A stretch of 63,980 bases of DNA, counting the filler, from a bacterium (GTDB lineage Bacteria > UBA9089 > CG2-30-40-21 > SBAY01), in NCBI GenBank assembly GCA_040757115.1. It is 24 parts of 24 records of this genome, joined end to end, with 100 filler letters (N's around TTAATTAATTAA, not from the genome) between each part and the next. Parts side by side here need not be neighbours in the genome. Positions count along the whole stretch, not along the records: positions 1 to 1,948 come from JBFLYA010000405.1; positions 2,049 to 3,978 come from JBFLYA010000406.1; positions 4,079 to 5,895 come from JBFLYA010000408.1; positions 5,996 to 29,312 come from JBFLYA010000041.1; 20 more parts are not named here. One strand, 5' to 3'. Both the position numbers and the translations under genes were made by a program. The notes beneath the pieces were generated by a model. That model was not told the DNA's origin. It did no database searches and saw only the letters and a list, made by a program, of their open reading frames with translations. Shown piece by piece: positions 1 to 8,818 of the stretch. Each line of letters opens with the position of its first letter. Positions within the stretch are counted from its first letter, which is position 1.

Positions 1-88
1 CACCAGTATCAACAAATATACTGCATGTCAAATTCTTCCCCTCATCTTGTGGATTCGATATTTCAACTTGTGCTACAATTCGTCCCAT
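1..88 (-). CDS. Clan AA (retropepsin-like) aspartic protease, 5' end only; integron cassette gene
   Basis: Manual translation MGRIVAQVEISNPQDEGKNLTCSIFVDTG has the DTG catalytic motif. An AGGAGG RBS lies upstream. It resembles the N-terminus of 8819-9244. Not in the ORF track. Confidence 0.75.
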   Translation of the reverse strand, partial: MGRIVAQVEISNPQDEGKNLTCSIFVDTG

Positions 89-126
89 AATTTCTCCCTC
101 CTATATCAAGTTTTATTTGTTGAGTG

Positions 127-258
127 GGCTAACGATAAAGTTCAGGTGCGGCGAGGAGAATTACCACAAAAGTTTGATAGCAAGATAAAACTTTGAGAGA
201 CCACAAAACTCTGACCACGGCACAGTCCCCCGCCGTCAACTGCAACGCAGGGTTAGAC
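127..258 (-). mobile_element. Integron attC site
   Basis: Minus strand reads GTCTAAC-CCTGCG-TTGCAGTTGACGGCG...CGCCGCACCTGAA-CTTTATC-GTTAGCC, giving R''/L''/L'/R' boxes with unpaired bases in L''. Near-identical to 41923-42054. Confidence 0.85.
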
Positions 259-340
259 AAAAGCTTTGATTCGCTGTCTTTTCCTTTTCCTCTGCCTCAC
301 CGAATTATTGTGCATTCCACATTCACGGTTTGACCCTAAC
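252..340. repeat. Conserved ~88-bp non-coding segment abutting attC sites (also 1833-1920 and, partially, 40429-40492)
   Basis: GTTAGACAAAAGCTTTGATTCGCTGTC...CACGGTTTGACCCTAA is repeated nearly identically. Confidence 0.9.
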
Positions 341-388
341 CGGGAGTAGTCCGCCAAGGACACGATTCGGTTCATGCAGTTGTTAGAG
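334..388 (-). mobile_element. Short, degenerate attC-like site
   Basis: Minus strand CTCTAAC...GTTAGGG core sites, but the inner L arms are not complementary. Confidence 0.45.
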
Positions 389-436
389 ATTCTTACTCGA
401 CCCTAATTCTTACTCGACCCTAATTCTTCCGACCTA
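389..436. repeat. 17-bp tandem repeat (ATTCTTACTCGACCCTA twice plus one degenerate copy)
   Basis: Directly visible. There are no spacers between units. Confidence 0.9.
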
Positions 437-460
437 CTGAGAACTGTTCGGTAACAATTA

Positions 461-652
461 CTACCCGCTGATTTCCGGGATGGACAAATTACCACAAATT
501 TTCTTGGCGAGTTTATTGGAAATCTCCATATGGCGTGGCACGGCTTCAACCGCTCCTGTCCTTGGATTACACCATAAGGAGTGTGCTCGACCTTCCCGTT
601 TACGGTAGCATCCATATTTACGTAGCTGCCGCAACAAAGATTCACGCTTCAT
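461..652 (-). CDS. hicA: HicA-family toxin (mRNA interferase)
   Basis: 63 aa, basic, with the REGRAHSLW and VPRH motifs. Overlaps the hicB stop. Confidence 0.85.
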   Translation of the reverse strand: MKRESLLRQLRKYGCYRKREGRAHSLWCNPRTGAVEAVPRHMEISNKLAKKICGNLSIPEISG

Positions 653-864
653 TGCACGACAACCAGTTCTCTCACGGCATCATCAGGGATACCGCGCAAT
701 ATGTCTCCTCGCCGATCCTCAAGAATGAGAGTAATGGCTTCGACAAGACTTTCTCGACATTCTTCAAGGGTATAACCTTGCCCATTAGCCCCGGGAATCT
801 CTGGGCAATAGCCTATGTACCACTCCCCATCTCTTTCGATAATCGCTGTAAATTCGTTGTGCAT
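649..864 (-). CDS. hicB: HicB-family antitoxin (short form)
   Basis: FTAIIERDGEWYIGYCPEIPGANGQGYTLEE motif. Start taken at MHNEF after the RBS. Confidence 0.85.
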   Translation of the reverse strand: MHNEFTAIIERDGEWYIGYCPEIPGANGQGYTLEECRESLVEAITLILEDRRGDILRGIPDDAVRELVVVQ

Positions 865-905
865 ACAACACCTTCCTATTAACAAAATTTACGACTGCAC
901 TCGCT

Positions 906-1036
906 GACTAACGACAAAGCTCACCTGTAGCGGGGCGGATTACCACCAAACTTTGTAAACAAGATAAAAGATTGAGATACCACAAAACTCTAATTACGGC
1001 ACGGCCCCCGCTGTCAGGTGCAGTGAATGGTTAGGC
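906..1036 (-). mobile_element. Integron attC site
   Basis: Minus strand GCCTAAC-CATTCA-CTGCACCTGACAGCGG...CCGCTACAGGTGAG-CTTTGTC-GTTAGTC. Central region is homologous to the other attC sites. Confidence 0.85.
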
Positions 1037-1046
1037 ACATAAATGA

Positions 1047-1382
1047 TTAATAAATGCATGCATCCAAAATTCTAAGTACTTCGTTTAATAATTCATCGGG
1101 TGACCGCTCAATAAATTTTACTTCCCGCGAATTATAATCAACAGATTTAACTTGATCAACCATTACGAAACCTGTAAGAGATACAGAACCAGAAATTTTT
1201 ATATGAAAGGGGTAACTACGATCTTTGTTCGTGATAGGACACACTATCGCAAGCCCCGTTTTTTGATTAAAAAGGGTATTACTGATAACTAATGCAGGTC
1301 GTCGTCCCTTTTGTTCATGGCCAGATTGTGGATCGAATGTCAAAGCAATAAAATCTCCTTTGCGAGGGATATACTTTTCCAT
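1047..1382 (-). CDS. mazF: MazF/PemK toxin
   Basis: FDPQSGHEQKGRRPALVIS and DQVKSVD motifs. Confidence 0.92.
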   Translation of the reverse strand: MEKYIPRKGDFIALTFDPQSGHEQKGRRPALVISNTLFNQKTGLAIVCPITNKDRSYPFHIKISGSVSLTGFVMVDQVKSVDYNSREVKFIERSPDELLNEVLRILDACIY

Positions 1383-1631
1383 TTACCATTCTTCCTTTCC
1401 AACTGGAGATCCCCAATTTTCTTCTTCCGTTTTATAATTATTCGGAATTTTGGAAACAAGTTCTTTAAGATTGTATTTTCCACGAATTCTCGTAACAGGT
1501 TTGATAACAATCTCACCACGATAAATCTTAATATCAACTTCGTCACCGATTGCTATATGTGCCCGATACAGAACTTCCTTAGGGAAACGGAGACCTTGAC
1601 TATTGCCCCACTTTTGAATTTTTGTTAACAT
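1383..1631 (-). CDS. mazE: MazE/AbrB antitoxin
   Basis: MLTKIQKWGNSQGLRFPK N-terminus and WGSPVGKEEW C-terminus. GGAGG RBS before ATG at 1631. Confidence 0.92.
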   Translation of the reverse strand: MLTKIQKWGNSQGLRFPKEVLYRAHIAIGDEVDIKIYRGEIVIKPVTRIRGKYNLKELVSKIPNNYKTEEENWGSPVGKEEW

Positions 1632-1647
1632 ACCAACCTCCCTTTTT

Positions 1648-1685
1648 GTATATACAAGTATATACTGTATTGTTGTAAATGTCAA
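1648..1685 (-). promoter_or_regulatory. Sigma70 promoter with palindromic operator for mazEF
   Basis: TTGACA-17 nt-TATACT on the minus strand. Palindrome GTATATAC-AA-GTATATAC (1648-1665) overlaps the -10. Confidence 0.75.
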
Positions 1686-1709
1686 GACATTTGTTTTTTC
1701 TGCATATTT

Positions 1710-1839
1710 GTCTAACGCTGAGTTCAACGGCGGCGGGGAGAATCGCCACCAAACTTTGTAAGCACGATTACCTATTGAAATACTATAAAACTTTCAATTA
1801 CGGCACAGCCCCGCCGTCAAGTGCAACGCAGGGTTAGAC
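1710..1839 (-). mobile_element. Integron attC site
   Basis: Minus strand GTCTAAC-CCTGCG-TTGCACTTGACGGCGG...CCGCCGCCGTTGAA-CTCAGC-GTTAGAC. Confidence 0.85.
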
Positions 1840-1948
1840 AAAAGCTTTGATTCGCTGTCTTTTCCTTTTTCTCTGCCTCACCGAATTATTGTGCATTCCA
1901 CATTCACGGTTTGACCCTAAAATATCTCCTTTTTATTTTCTCACACAA

Positions 1949-2048
1949 NNNNNNNNNNNNNNNNNNNNNNNNNNNNNNNNNNNNNNNNNNNNTTAATTAA
2001 TTAANNNNNNNNNNNNNNNNNNNNNNNNNNNNNNNNNNNNNNNNNNNN
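1949..2048. other. Artificial contig linker, first of 23. Others start near 3979, 5896, 29313, 31208, 33099, 34959, 36801, 38571, 40329, 42083, 43819, 45550, 47278, 48999, 50702, 52402, 54074, 55732, 57388, 59043, 60698, 62342
   Basis: Identical N-run/TTAATTAATTAA/N-run block of 100 nt, with stops in all frames. Confidence 0.98.
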
Positions 2049-2169
2049 TTGATATTTATATTTGATATTTAATATTTGATATTTGATATTTATTTGTTGT
2101 CTCCCTCAAATCCTATTTTGCAGAACCCTATACACTATTTTAACCTTTATGCTAGATTAAGACACCACC
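2049..2169. mobile_element. Right end of composite MITE (family B end followed by family C end)
   Basis: TTTTGCAGAACCCTA followed by ...GATTAAGACACCACC. Same junction as 18366-18418 and the reverse complement of 52190-52243. Confidence 0.8.
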
Positions 2170-2186
2170 AGAAAATCTGAGTTCAG

Positions 2187-3002
2187 TTATTTATAAGTAT
2201 GTAATCCTGGCAGTAACAAATTTACTCCCAGAAAGGTAAATAAGAGACATGCAAAGCCAATTATGGTTAAATAAGCGATTTTTCTACCTCGCCAACCACG
2301 CAAGAATCTAACATGAAGATACGCCGCATAAACAAACCAGGTGATTAATGACCATATTTCTTTTGGGTCCCAGCTCCAGTATGAACCCCAGGCAGAATTC
2401 GCCCAAATAGCCCCCGTGATTATCCCTGAAGTCAAAAATAAAAATCCTATAAACACAGATTTATAACTTAAATTATCTAATATCTCTAAGGAAGGCAATT
2501 GCAAATAAGCCATTTGTTTTTTTAATCTTATTGCTTTATCCTGAACAAGATACATTATGCCAAACTCAAATCCGCAAACAAATGCCCCATAACTAAATAA
2601 ACTCAAACCCACATGAATACCCAGCCAGTAACTTTGCAATGCTGGAACTAACGGTATTATCTCTTTTGGGAAAAAATATCCACAAAGAAGTATAAAAAAG
2701 ACAATTGGCAGGACAAACAAACCTAATATCTTTAATTTATACCGATATTCAATAAAACAAAAAATAGCAACTACCATCCAGCCAAAAAATGATAGAGATT
2801 CAAACAAGCTGACCATTGGCAAGTGATTAGCCTCAAAACCTCGAACTATTAGACTTAAACTATGGACAGTTAGGCTTAAAATAGTCAGCCAGTATCCATA
2901 ATTACTCCATCTTTCTCTTTTTGAGTATAAAAAAATAAGATAAATAATAGTTGAAATGGAATATAAAACAAAGGCAAGGTTAAAAAATAATAGATTAAGC
3001 AA
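2187..3002 (-). CDS. ccsA: Cytochrome c biogenesis protein CcsA/CcsB (system II)
   Basis: WGSYWSWDPKE tryptophan-rich motif, multiple TM helices, C-terminal GLH. Confidence 0.92.
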   Translation of the reverse strand: MLNLLFFNLAFVLYSISTIIYLIFLYSKRERWSNYGYWLTILSLTVHSLSLIVRGFEANHLPMVSLFESLSFFGWMVVAIFCFIEYRYKLKILGLFVLPIVFFILLCGYFFPKEIIPLVPALQSYWLGIHVGLSLFSYGAFVCGFEFGIMYLVQDKAIRLKKQMAYLQLPSLEILDNLSYKSVFIGFLFLTSGIITGAIWANSAWGSYWSWDPKEIWSLITWFVYAAYLHVRFLRGWRGRKIAYLTIIGFACLLFTFLGVNLLLPGLHTYK

Positions 3003-3105
3003 TATTAATCCTCCTTATAAAATAAAGAACGCTTTCGGATAAAATTTACCCTTATTCCAAAGAGAGATTAATCCACAGATTACGCAGATGATACAGATTT
3101 TTTTA

Positions 3106-3735
3106 TCACACAAGCACAGAAGTTTGGGAACACGGAATTTTCCTGGTTTTTTGTGTCTTTGTGCCTTCGTGGTGAGCATTTTTAAGGGAAAGTAGTTTTT
3201 CCCAGAATAGTTTTCTTTCTTCTTCATCTTTATATTCAACCTTAATCTTATTTCGTAATTTGCCCAATGAATCTACTAATGCTTCATATTCAGTGCCATA
3301 AATAATTTCGAGGTCTTCTTTAATCTTTCTGGCTAATGCTGGACTTTTGCCACTTGTTGAGACACTAATAATTAAATCTCCCCTTACCATTGTTGCTGGA
3401 ACAATAAAATTACACATTTCAGGAGAATCAACAACATTTATTAATAAATTTAATTTATTAGCATCCCCAGCAATTTTAGCATTAAATTGTTTATCATTAG
3501 TAGCGGCAATAACTAAAAATGTGTCTTTTTTTATATGGTTAGAGTTATATTCTTCCTTTAAACAGGTTACCTTATTTTCCAATTCTTTAAATAAGGTAGA
3601 GAATTTTGGGCTGATGACAGTAACTTTCGCCTGTGCCTCAACCAATGATTTTACTTTGCGAAGTGCTACTTTCCCGCCTCCCACAACAACGCATTTTTTA
3701 TTTTTTAAATTAAGGCATACTGGGTAGTAAGTCAT
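3106..3735 (-). CDS. sirC: Precorrin-2 dehydrogenase/sirohydrochlorin ferrochelatase (SirC/CysG N-terminal type)
   Basis: YYPVCLNL, VVGGGKVA, NVVDSPEMCNF and STSGKSPALAR motifs. The last ~25 aa read into a repeat. Confidence 0.88.
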   Translation of the reverse strand: MTYYPVCLNLKNKKCVVVGGGKVALRKVKSLVEAQAKVTVISPKFSTLFKELENKVTCLKEEYNSNHIKKDTFLVIAATNDKQFNAKIAGDANKLNLLINVVDSPEMCNFIVPATMVRGDLIISVSTSGKSPALARKIKEDLEIIYGTEYEALVDSLGKLRNKIKVEYKDEEERKLFWEKLLSLKNAHHEGTKTQKTRKIPCSQTSVLV

Positions 3736-3792
3736 TGTCTTTTTCACCTGGGGTAAATAATTACTCTTTCTGTAAGCGTTTAACTTCTATCA

Positions 3793-3978
3793 TCATAATC
3801 TTTGAGCCTCTTTAAAACACTTATTTGCTTGTTCTCTTTTACCAAGATTTTGTAGAGCGATTGCTTTGTTATACCAGGCTTGTTGAAAAGCAGGATTGAG
3901 ATTTATCGCTTTATCAAAACATTCTACTGCCTCATTGTATCTTCTCAATTTACACAATGCTACCCCCTGGTTATAATA
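3793..3978 (-). CDS. TPR protein, 3' fragment
   Basis: Manual translation YYNQGVALCKLRRYNEAVECFDKAINLNPAFQQAWYNKAIAL... Confidence 0.8.
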   Translation of the reverse strand, partial: YYNQGVALCKLRRYNEAVECFDKAINLNPAFQQAWYNKAIALQNLGKREQANKCFKEAQRL

Positions 3979-4303
3979 NNNNNNNNNNNNNNNNNNNNNN
4001 NNNNNNNNNNNNNNNNNNNNNNTTAATTAATTAANNNNNNNNNNNNNNNNNNNNNNNNNNNNNNNNNNNNNNNNNNNNACCCCCTAACCCCCTTTATTAA
4101 GGGGGAATATGTGTTCTAAACCAGAGGATACGAGTCTGTGGATACTATACTAATTCGCTAATCTCTAATTCACTAATTCGCTATTTTCAGGGGAAACGCT
4201 CATGAACCGTGGGTTCACAACAGAAGAATGAAAATAGGAAAAAAGAGGTGGAGGAAAGATTCTCTCTCTACTCTCTACTTCCTATTTTCAGGAGGAAAAT
4301 AAG

Positions 4304-4906
4304 ATGAATATCCAGGAACTACTGACAATTTTTATCAGCACGGCTTTAATCAATAATTTTGTTCTGACGAAATTTTTGGGGCTTTGTATATTTTTTGGCG
4401 TCTCAAAAAGGATGGATTTGTCTATTTCTATGGGTGCGGCGGTAGTTTTTGTCATGGTCTTAAGCTCTGTGCTTGGCTGGGGAATATATAATTTTATCTT
4501 AGTGCCTTTTGGTATTGAATTTTTGCGGATTGTAGTTTTTATCGTCGTTATTGGCTCCTGTGTTCAGATGGTCGAAATGGTGATTAAAAAATATCTGCCA
4601 ACACATTATAAGATGTGGGGAATTTATCTATTATTAATTGCCACCAATTGTATTGTCTTATCTATTCCCTTGATAAATGTAGAAAATAATTTTAATTTGA
4701 TACAAAGCGTTGTCAACGCCTTTGGTTCTGGGGTAGGATTTGCCTTTGCTTTAATTTTGATGTCAAGCATTAGAGAAAAGTTAGAATTAGCCCCACTACC
4801 TAAATCTTTACAAGGTTTTGGGATTGCCTTTATTGTTGCCGGGCTGTTATGTTTAGCCTTTATGGGATTTAATGGCATGGTTAAGCCTTTATCCGGAGGA
4901 TTATAA
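4304..4906 (+). CDS. rnfA: Rnf electron transport complex subunit A
   Basis: NNFVLTKFLGLC and LIATNC motifs, 6 TM helices. Confidence 0.9.
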   Translation: MNIQELLTIFISTALINNFVLTKFLGLCIFFGVSKRMDLSISMGAAVVFVMVLSSVLGWGIYNFILVPFGIEFLRIVVFIVVIGSCVQMVEMVIKKYLPTHYKMWGIYLLLIATNCIVLSIPLINVENNFNLIQSVVNAFGSGVGFAFALILMSSIREKLELAPLPKSLQGFGIAFIVAGLLCLAFMGFNGMVKPLSGGL

Positions 4907-5713
4907 ATGGATGCCCAACTTATCATCAATATAATTTTAACCCTGAGTAGTTTGGGATTTATTTTTGGATTAGTTCTGGCTTATGCTGAACTTAAGTTTG
5001 GAATAGAAGTTGATGTGCGGGTTTATGAGGTAGAAGAGGTGTTACCCAAAGGCCAGTGCGGGGCCTGTGGTTTTCCTGGTTGTGCCGCTTATGCCGAGGC
5101 AGTCGTAGTTGAAGCTGATGTTCCACCTAATCTTTGTATTCCAGGAAAAACAGAAGTAGCAAAATTAGTAGCTAAAATTACCGGTAAAGAGATGAAAGAA
5201 ATTGAAGGAGTAAAGGCACATATCCTTTGCTATGGCACACCCGATAAAGTATTTGTTTATGATGGGATAATTGATTGCGAAGCCGCTAATTTATTACTTG
5301 GCGGAGATAAAACCTGCCAATATGCCTGTTTAGGACTGGGTAGTTGTGTTCGGGTATGCAAATTTGACGCCATCACTTTCTCCAAAACAAAATTACCCGC
5401 GATTAATCCTGAGCTTTGCACTGGTTGTGGGCAATGTGTTTCTATTTGCCCTAAAGGTATAATCGAATTGATTCCAGAAAAGGCAAAAGTAAAGATTAGA
5501 TGTCGCTCACATGATAAAGGCCCTGTAGTCAAAAAAATTTGTAGTGTTGGTTGTATTGGTTGTGGAATTTGTGCGAAAGAATGTCCTTATGAAGCGATTA
5601 AATTAGAAAACTTCTTAGCCGTAATTGACCACACTAAATGTCTTGCCTGTACAGATTATAAATGCCTGCCTAAATGTCCAACTCGTTCAATCGTTTCACT
5701 TTCACAAATCTAA
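4907..5713 (+). CDS. rnfB: Rnf electron transport complex subunit B
   Basis: CGACGFPGC FeS motif and several CxxCxxC ferredoxin motifs. Follows rnfA. Confidence 0.9.
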   Translation: MDAQLIINIILTLSSLGFIFGLVLAYAELKFGIEVDVRVYEVEEVLPKGQCGACGFPGCAAYAEAVVVEADVPPNLCIPGKTEVAKLVAKITGKEMKEIEGVKAHILCYGTPDKVFVYDGIIDCEAANLLLGGDKTCQYACLGLGSCVRVCKFDAITFSKTKLPAINPELCTGCGQCVSICPKGIIELIPEKAKVKIRCRSHDKGPVVKKICSVGCIGCGICAKECPYEAIKLENFLAVIDHTKCLACTDYKCLPKCPTRSIVSLSQI

Positions 5714-5995
5714 ATCTGTATTTGACACTTCCTCACTTCAACCTGTTTATATCCTAAATTCCCGCTTTTGATATAATATCAATTCTAATTAATTTGTGCT
5801 TCTTTAATAAGTTGGAATTTTGTCAATTTATTCAATAGAATCACGAAATTACGGAAAAATTCGACCTGTGCGGTTAGAAATTACAAGCAAATTTCNNNNN
5901 NNNNNNNNNNNNNNNNNNNNNNNNNNNNNNNNNNNNNNNTTAATTAATTAANNNNNNNNNNNNNNNNNNNNNNNNNNNNNNNNNNNNNNNNNNNN

Positions 5996-6119
5996 TTTTC
6001 CACAATCAATTTCTACCTATTTCTATAAATTTCAATCTATTTCTATTATCTTATCTCCATATCACTCTTATCTCCTTATCCCCTTTCTTACACTTTTGAT
6101 ATATAGCCTGAACGGTTAC
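5996..6119. mobile_element. MITE family A (subfamily A1), right half
   Basis: Ends in CCTGAACGGTTAC. Reverse complement of 53854-53949. Overlaps the end of 38445-38570 at TTTCCACAATCA. Confidence 0.8.
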
Positions 6120-6143
6120 ATTATTTTTATTACCCGCAAGTTT

Positions 6144-6632
6144 TTATTTAACCTTTACTTTTAAAATAAAAGTTGCAGTACCTGAAGGAGAAATTTCAGG
6201 TATGCTCCATTTTACATGACTTACTGGTTGAACATTATCATTATCAAAGTTAGTTCCACCACCATCATGACAGTAAGTAATCGTTCCTGAACCACCTGCC
6301 TCGCCAAAGGTAGTATAAGAGGGGACAGCATCAATAAAGCTAATATCTGTAATAGAACTTGTCCCGAAATTAGTGGCAATAATGGTATAGGTAATCGTTC
6401 CCTCAGGTAAAATCTCAGTCTTATCTACCAATTTAACTAATTCTACCTGTGGCGATTCCAGTGGATGAGGAGATTTATGAGAGATTTGAGGCTTTTGAGT
6501 AATAGCCTGTTGCTCTGTGACAATTTTACTATTGTTACTTGTATAACTAATCCAGGCTGCATGAGCACTTGATACCATAATTACTACTACCATCAAACCC
6601 AATAATGGTTTCATCCTATTCATAATTCTCAT
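6144..6632 (-). CDS. Secreted DUF11 (conserved repeat domain) protein
   Basis: Signal peptide and LVKLVDK..PEGTITYTI..N.G DUF11 pattern. Confidence 0.75.
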   Translation of the reverse strand: MRIMNRMKPLLGLMVVVIMVSSAHAAWISYTSNNSKIVTEQQAITQKPQISHKSPHPLESPQVELVKLVDKTEILPEGTITYTIIATNFGTSSITDISFIDAVPSYTTFGEAGGSGTITYCHDGGGTNFDNDNVQPVSHVKWSIPEISPSGTATFILKVKVK

Positions 6633-6646
6633 CTCCTAACGAAAAT

Positions 6647-7111
6647 TAGAGTTCTGCAAAACCAGGAAACTGTAGTTTTTAAGCGGGTATTTAAAACCTC
6701 TATTCTTATCAATTTCCTCCAAAGATCAAAATGCAAAAAGCAAATATAAAAATTACATATCAAAATGTAAAATTATCTCTTTCCTTTCAGCGTTAAAATA
6801 GAAGTCCTTTTGGGACGGTTCACTTTTGTTTGAAAGCTTGCGGTTAGAAAATGAAGTTAAAATTGGAAATTCGAAATTAGAAATTAGGGAAGGAAGTAAA
6901 AGCCCAATTTCTAATTTCCAATTTCAACTTTCTGTGAACGCTTACAAGTGACATTCGAAAGAAATCATAGGAAAAACGATAAAAGGAACCGTCCCGTCCT
7001 TTTTGAAATTTGATTTGTAATTTTGCATTTTGATATTTATATTTGATATTTGATATTTAATATTTGATATTTATTTGTTGTCTCCCCCAAATCCTATTTT
7101 GCAGAACCCTA
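6647..7111. mobile_element. MITE family B, complete, with 9-bp TSD
   Basis: TIRs TAGAGTTCTGCAAAA / TTTTGCAGAACCCTA. AACGAAAAT is duplicated at 6638-6646 and 7112-7120. Confidence 0.88.
6812..6995. mobile_element. MITE nested in the family B element, with 8-bp TSD
   Basis: TIRs GGGACGGTTC / GAACCGTCCC. GTCCTTTT is duplicated at 6804-6811 and 6996-7003. Confidence 0.88.
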
Positions 7112-7133
7112 AACGAAAATACTAAAGACCAAA

Positions 7134-8801
7134 TTACTTAATTACTCCCAACTTACCCGTAACTTTTTCCCCCGTATCATTATCAACAATCAAATATATA
7201 TAAATTCCACTGGCGACATTTTCATAGGCATCATTTCTTAAATCCCAACTCTTTTCCTGTCCAATATCATTCTTTTCTAATGTTCTAACTAACTCACCAG
7301 TTATACTAAATATTTTAATCGTTACATTCGTAGTTAATTCTGCAAATGTAAGTTGGTAACCATGGCGGCATGGATAGCATGGATTAGGATAAACAAATAC
7401 CTTAGATAATCTTTTAGTCGCTGGTTTCTTAGACGGGAAAATGGCAAATTCAGATAGATGATAAACTTCAATGGTAATGGTATTTTTAATCGGGTCGATT
7501 ACCCCACCCATTAATTCCCATTCCTTTTTACTATCATTCCAATAGAAGACCTTCAATGTTCGCTCATCTTCACCGGTAATATCTTCGTAACCATCATTAT
7601 CTACATCTAAATAAAGCATAGTGATGGTAACTTTATTATTAAATTCTTCCCTGGGTGAGTTAAATTCATAGAATGCCGCTGGTTTATCACCTTTTATCAG
7701 AAAATTTCCTGTGGTTTCAGGAGCTTCTTCTACCGGTTTTTGAGTTATAGAAACAGTGCCTCCTTCAGGTGCCATCTCATTTTCAGGAATGATAATCTTT
7801 GTCTCCCCATCTTCAGGATTGCCATCTATGATAGTGATAGTTCCGCCTTGATTGGTAATTGTCCCTTCAGTAGTCAAGCAGACCTCTATTTTATACCTTT
7901 GAGTTAGCGTAGCATTTAGTCCATCGGTTGAGTAGATTTGATATGTAATTCCTGTAGTCCCAACTACATCCCCTGGGATAGAATAAGAATAGATAGAATT
8001 TGGCTCAGCAGCCATCGTGCCACAAATTTCAGGCGTTTGCGTGCCATAATATAATAATGCCTTATCTACAATAGTTCCATCCGTAATCGTCCCATTAATA
8101 ACGACCTTGTTTCCTAACATACCAATTTTAGTCATTGGCGTATGGAGTATTTTAGGTGGGGTAATATCAAATCCCGTGGTCACCGTAGCCATCCGCGTAT
8201 CAGGCATACCCCAGGTGTCTATGTCAGAAGAAGAGGCAGTAATTTGAGTAGTCGTTCTCTCGCCTTCATTACCTCCATCAGGCACTACAACCTGCAGGAA
8301 AAAGTATTTTGATTGCCCAGCAAGTAATGTCACAGAGCCAATACTTGTAGTTTCAGTTGCCTGATGAATTCCATCCTGATTGGTATCCTCAATTAACTTT
8401 ACTTGCCAGCCTTGAGGTAGGCTTTTATTGTCTATGGAAAGGGTAATTGTATCCGTTCCATTACCGGTATTAGTCAGGGTGTAGGAATAGTAAATAGTTC
8501 TTGAACCGCCTAAGAGCTGGTCGGGTAATTTATCAAATGCAGATATGCCATAGCCTTGCCAGACTAAGGTAGAGACGATGTTACATGTGGTAACTGTTTC
8601 TGTTCCCCAGGTATTCTTATACCTTAAGATAACATCCCCGGGTTGAGAAATTCCATTTTGATAGGTAGAACTACCGTTATCTCCGCCATTTCTGATAATA
8701 GTTCCTGCGGTAGTAAGAGTAGCAGAAACTGGAAGGGACTGAAACAAAACCAATAACAAAAAAATCCATTTTATTAAACCTGTATTCACCATATTTGTCA
8801 T
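7134..8801 (-). CDS. Secreted Ig-like domain protein with C-terminal T9SS-CTD/FlgD-like sorting domain
   Basis: Signal peptide, TNTGNGTDT Ig-like module, and C-terminal VYPNP...IKIFSITGELVRTL...WD..N...VASGIYIY...GKLGVIK. Confidence 0.75.
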   Translation of the reverse strand: MTNMVNTGLIKWIFLLLVLFQSLPVSATLTTAGTIIRNGGDNGSSTYQNGISQPGDVILRYKNTWGTETVTTCNIVSTLVWQGYGISAFDKLPDQLLGGSRTIYYSYTLTNTGNGTDTITLSIDNKSLPQGWQVKLIEDTNQDGIHQATETTSIGSVTLLAGQSKYFFLQVVVPDGGNEGERTTTQITASSSDIDTWGMPDTRMATVTTGFDITPPKILHTPMTKIGMLGNKVVINGTITDGTIVDKALLYYGTQTPEICGTMAAEPNSIYSYSIPGDVVGTTGITYQIYSTDGLNATLTQRYKIEVCLTTEGTITNQGGTITIIDGNPEDGETKIIIPENEMAPEGGTVSITQKPVEEAPETTGNFLIKGDKPAAFYEFNSPREEFNNKVTITMLYLDVDNDGYEDITGEDERTLKVFYWNDSKKEWELMGGVIDPIKNTITIEVYHLSEFAIFPSKKPATKRLSKVFVYPNPCYPCRHGYQLTFAELTTNVTIKIFSITGELVRTLEKNDIGQEKSWDLRNDAYENVASGIYIYLIVDNDTGEKVTGKLGVIK

Positions 8802-8818
8802 TCACAATTCAATAACCT

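Noticed and set aside
389-436. Possible CRISPR array
   Set aside because: 17-bp head-to-tail repeats without spacers. No repeat-spacer array was found anywhere in the window despite cas6.
535-882. Antisense and overlapping ORFs in the track (e.g. 535-882, 1311-1628, 3347-3727, 46272-46760, 63505-63825)
   Set aside because: Shadows of well-supported genes on the other strand or frame.
127-1839. The ~130-bp repeats as CRISPR repeats or MITEs
   Set aside because: They have attC core sites and separate whole genes, with no TSDs.
1949-2048. Regularly recurring TTAATTAATTAA motif
   Set aside because: Always centred in identical N-runs, so it is an artificial contig linker. Gene adjacency across it is meaningless.
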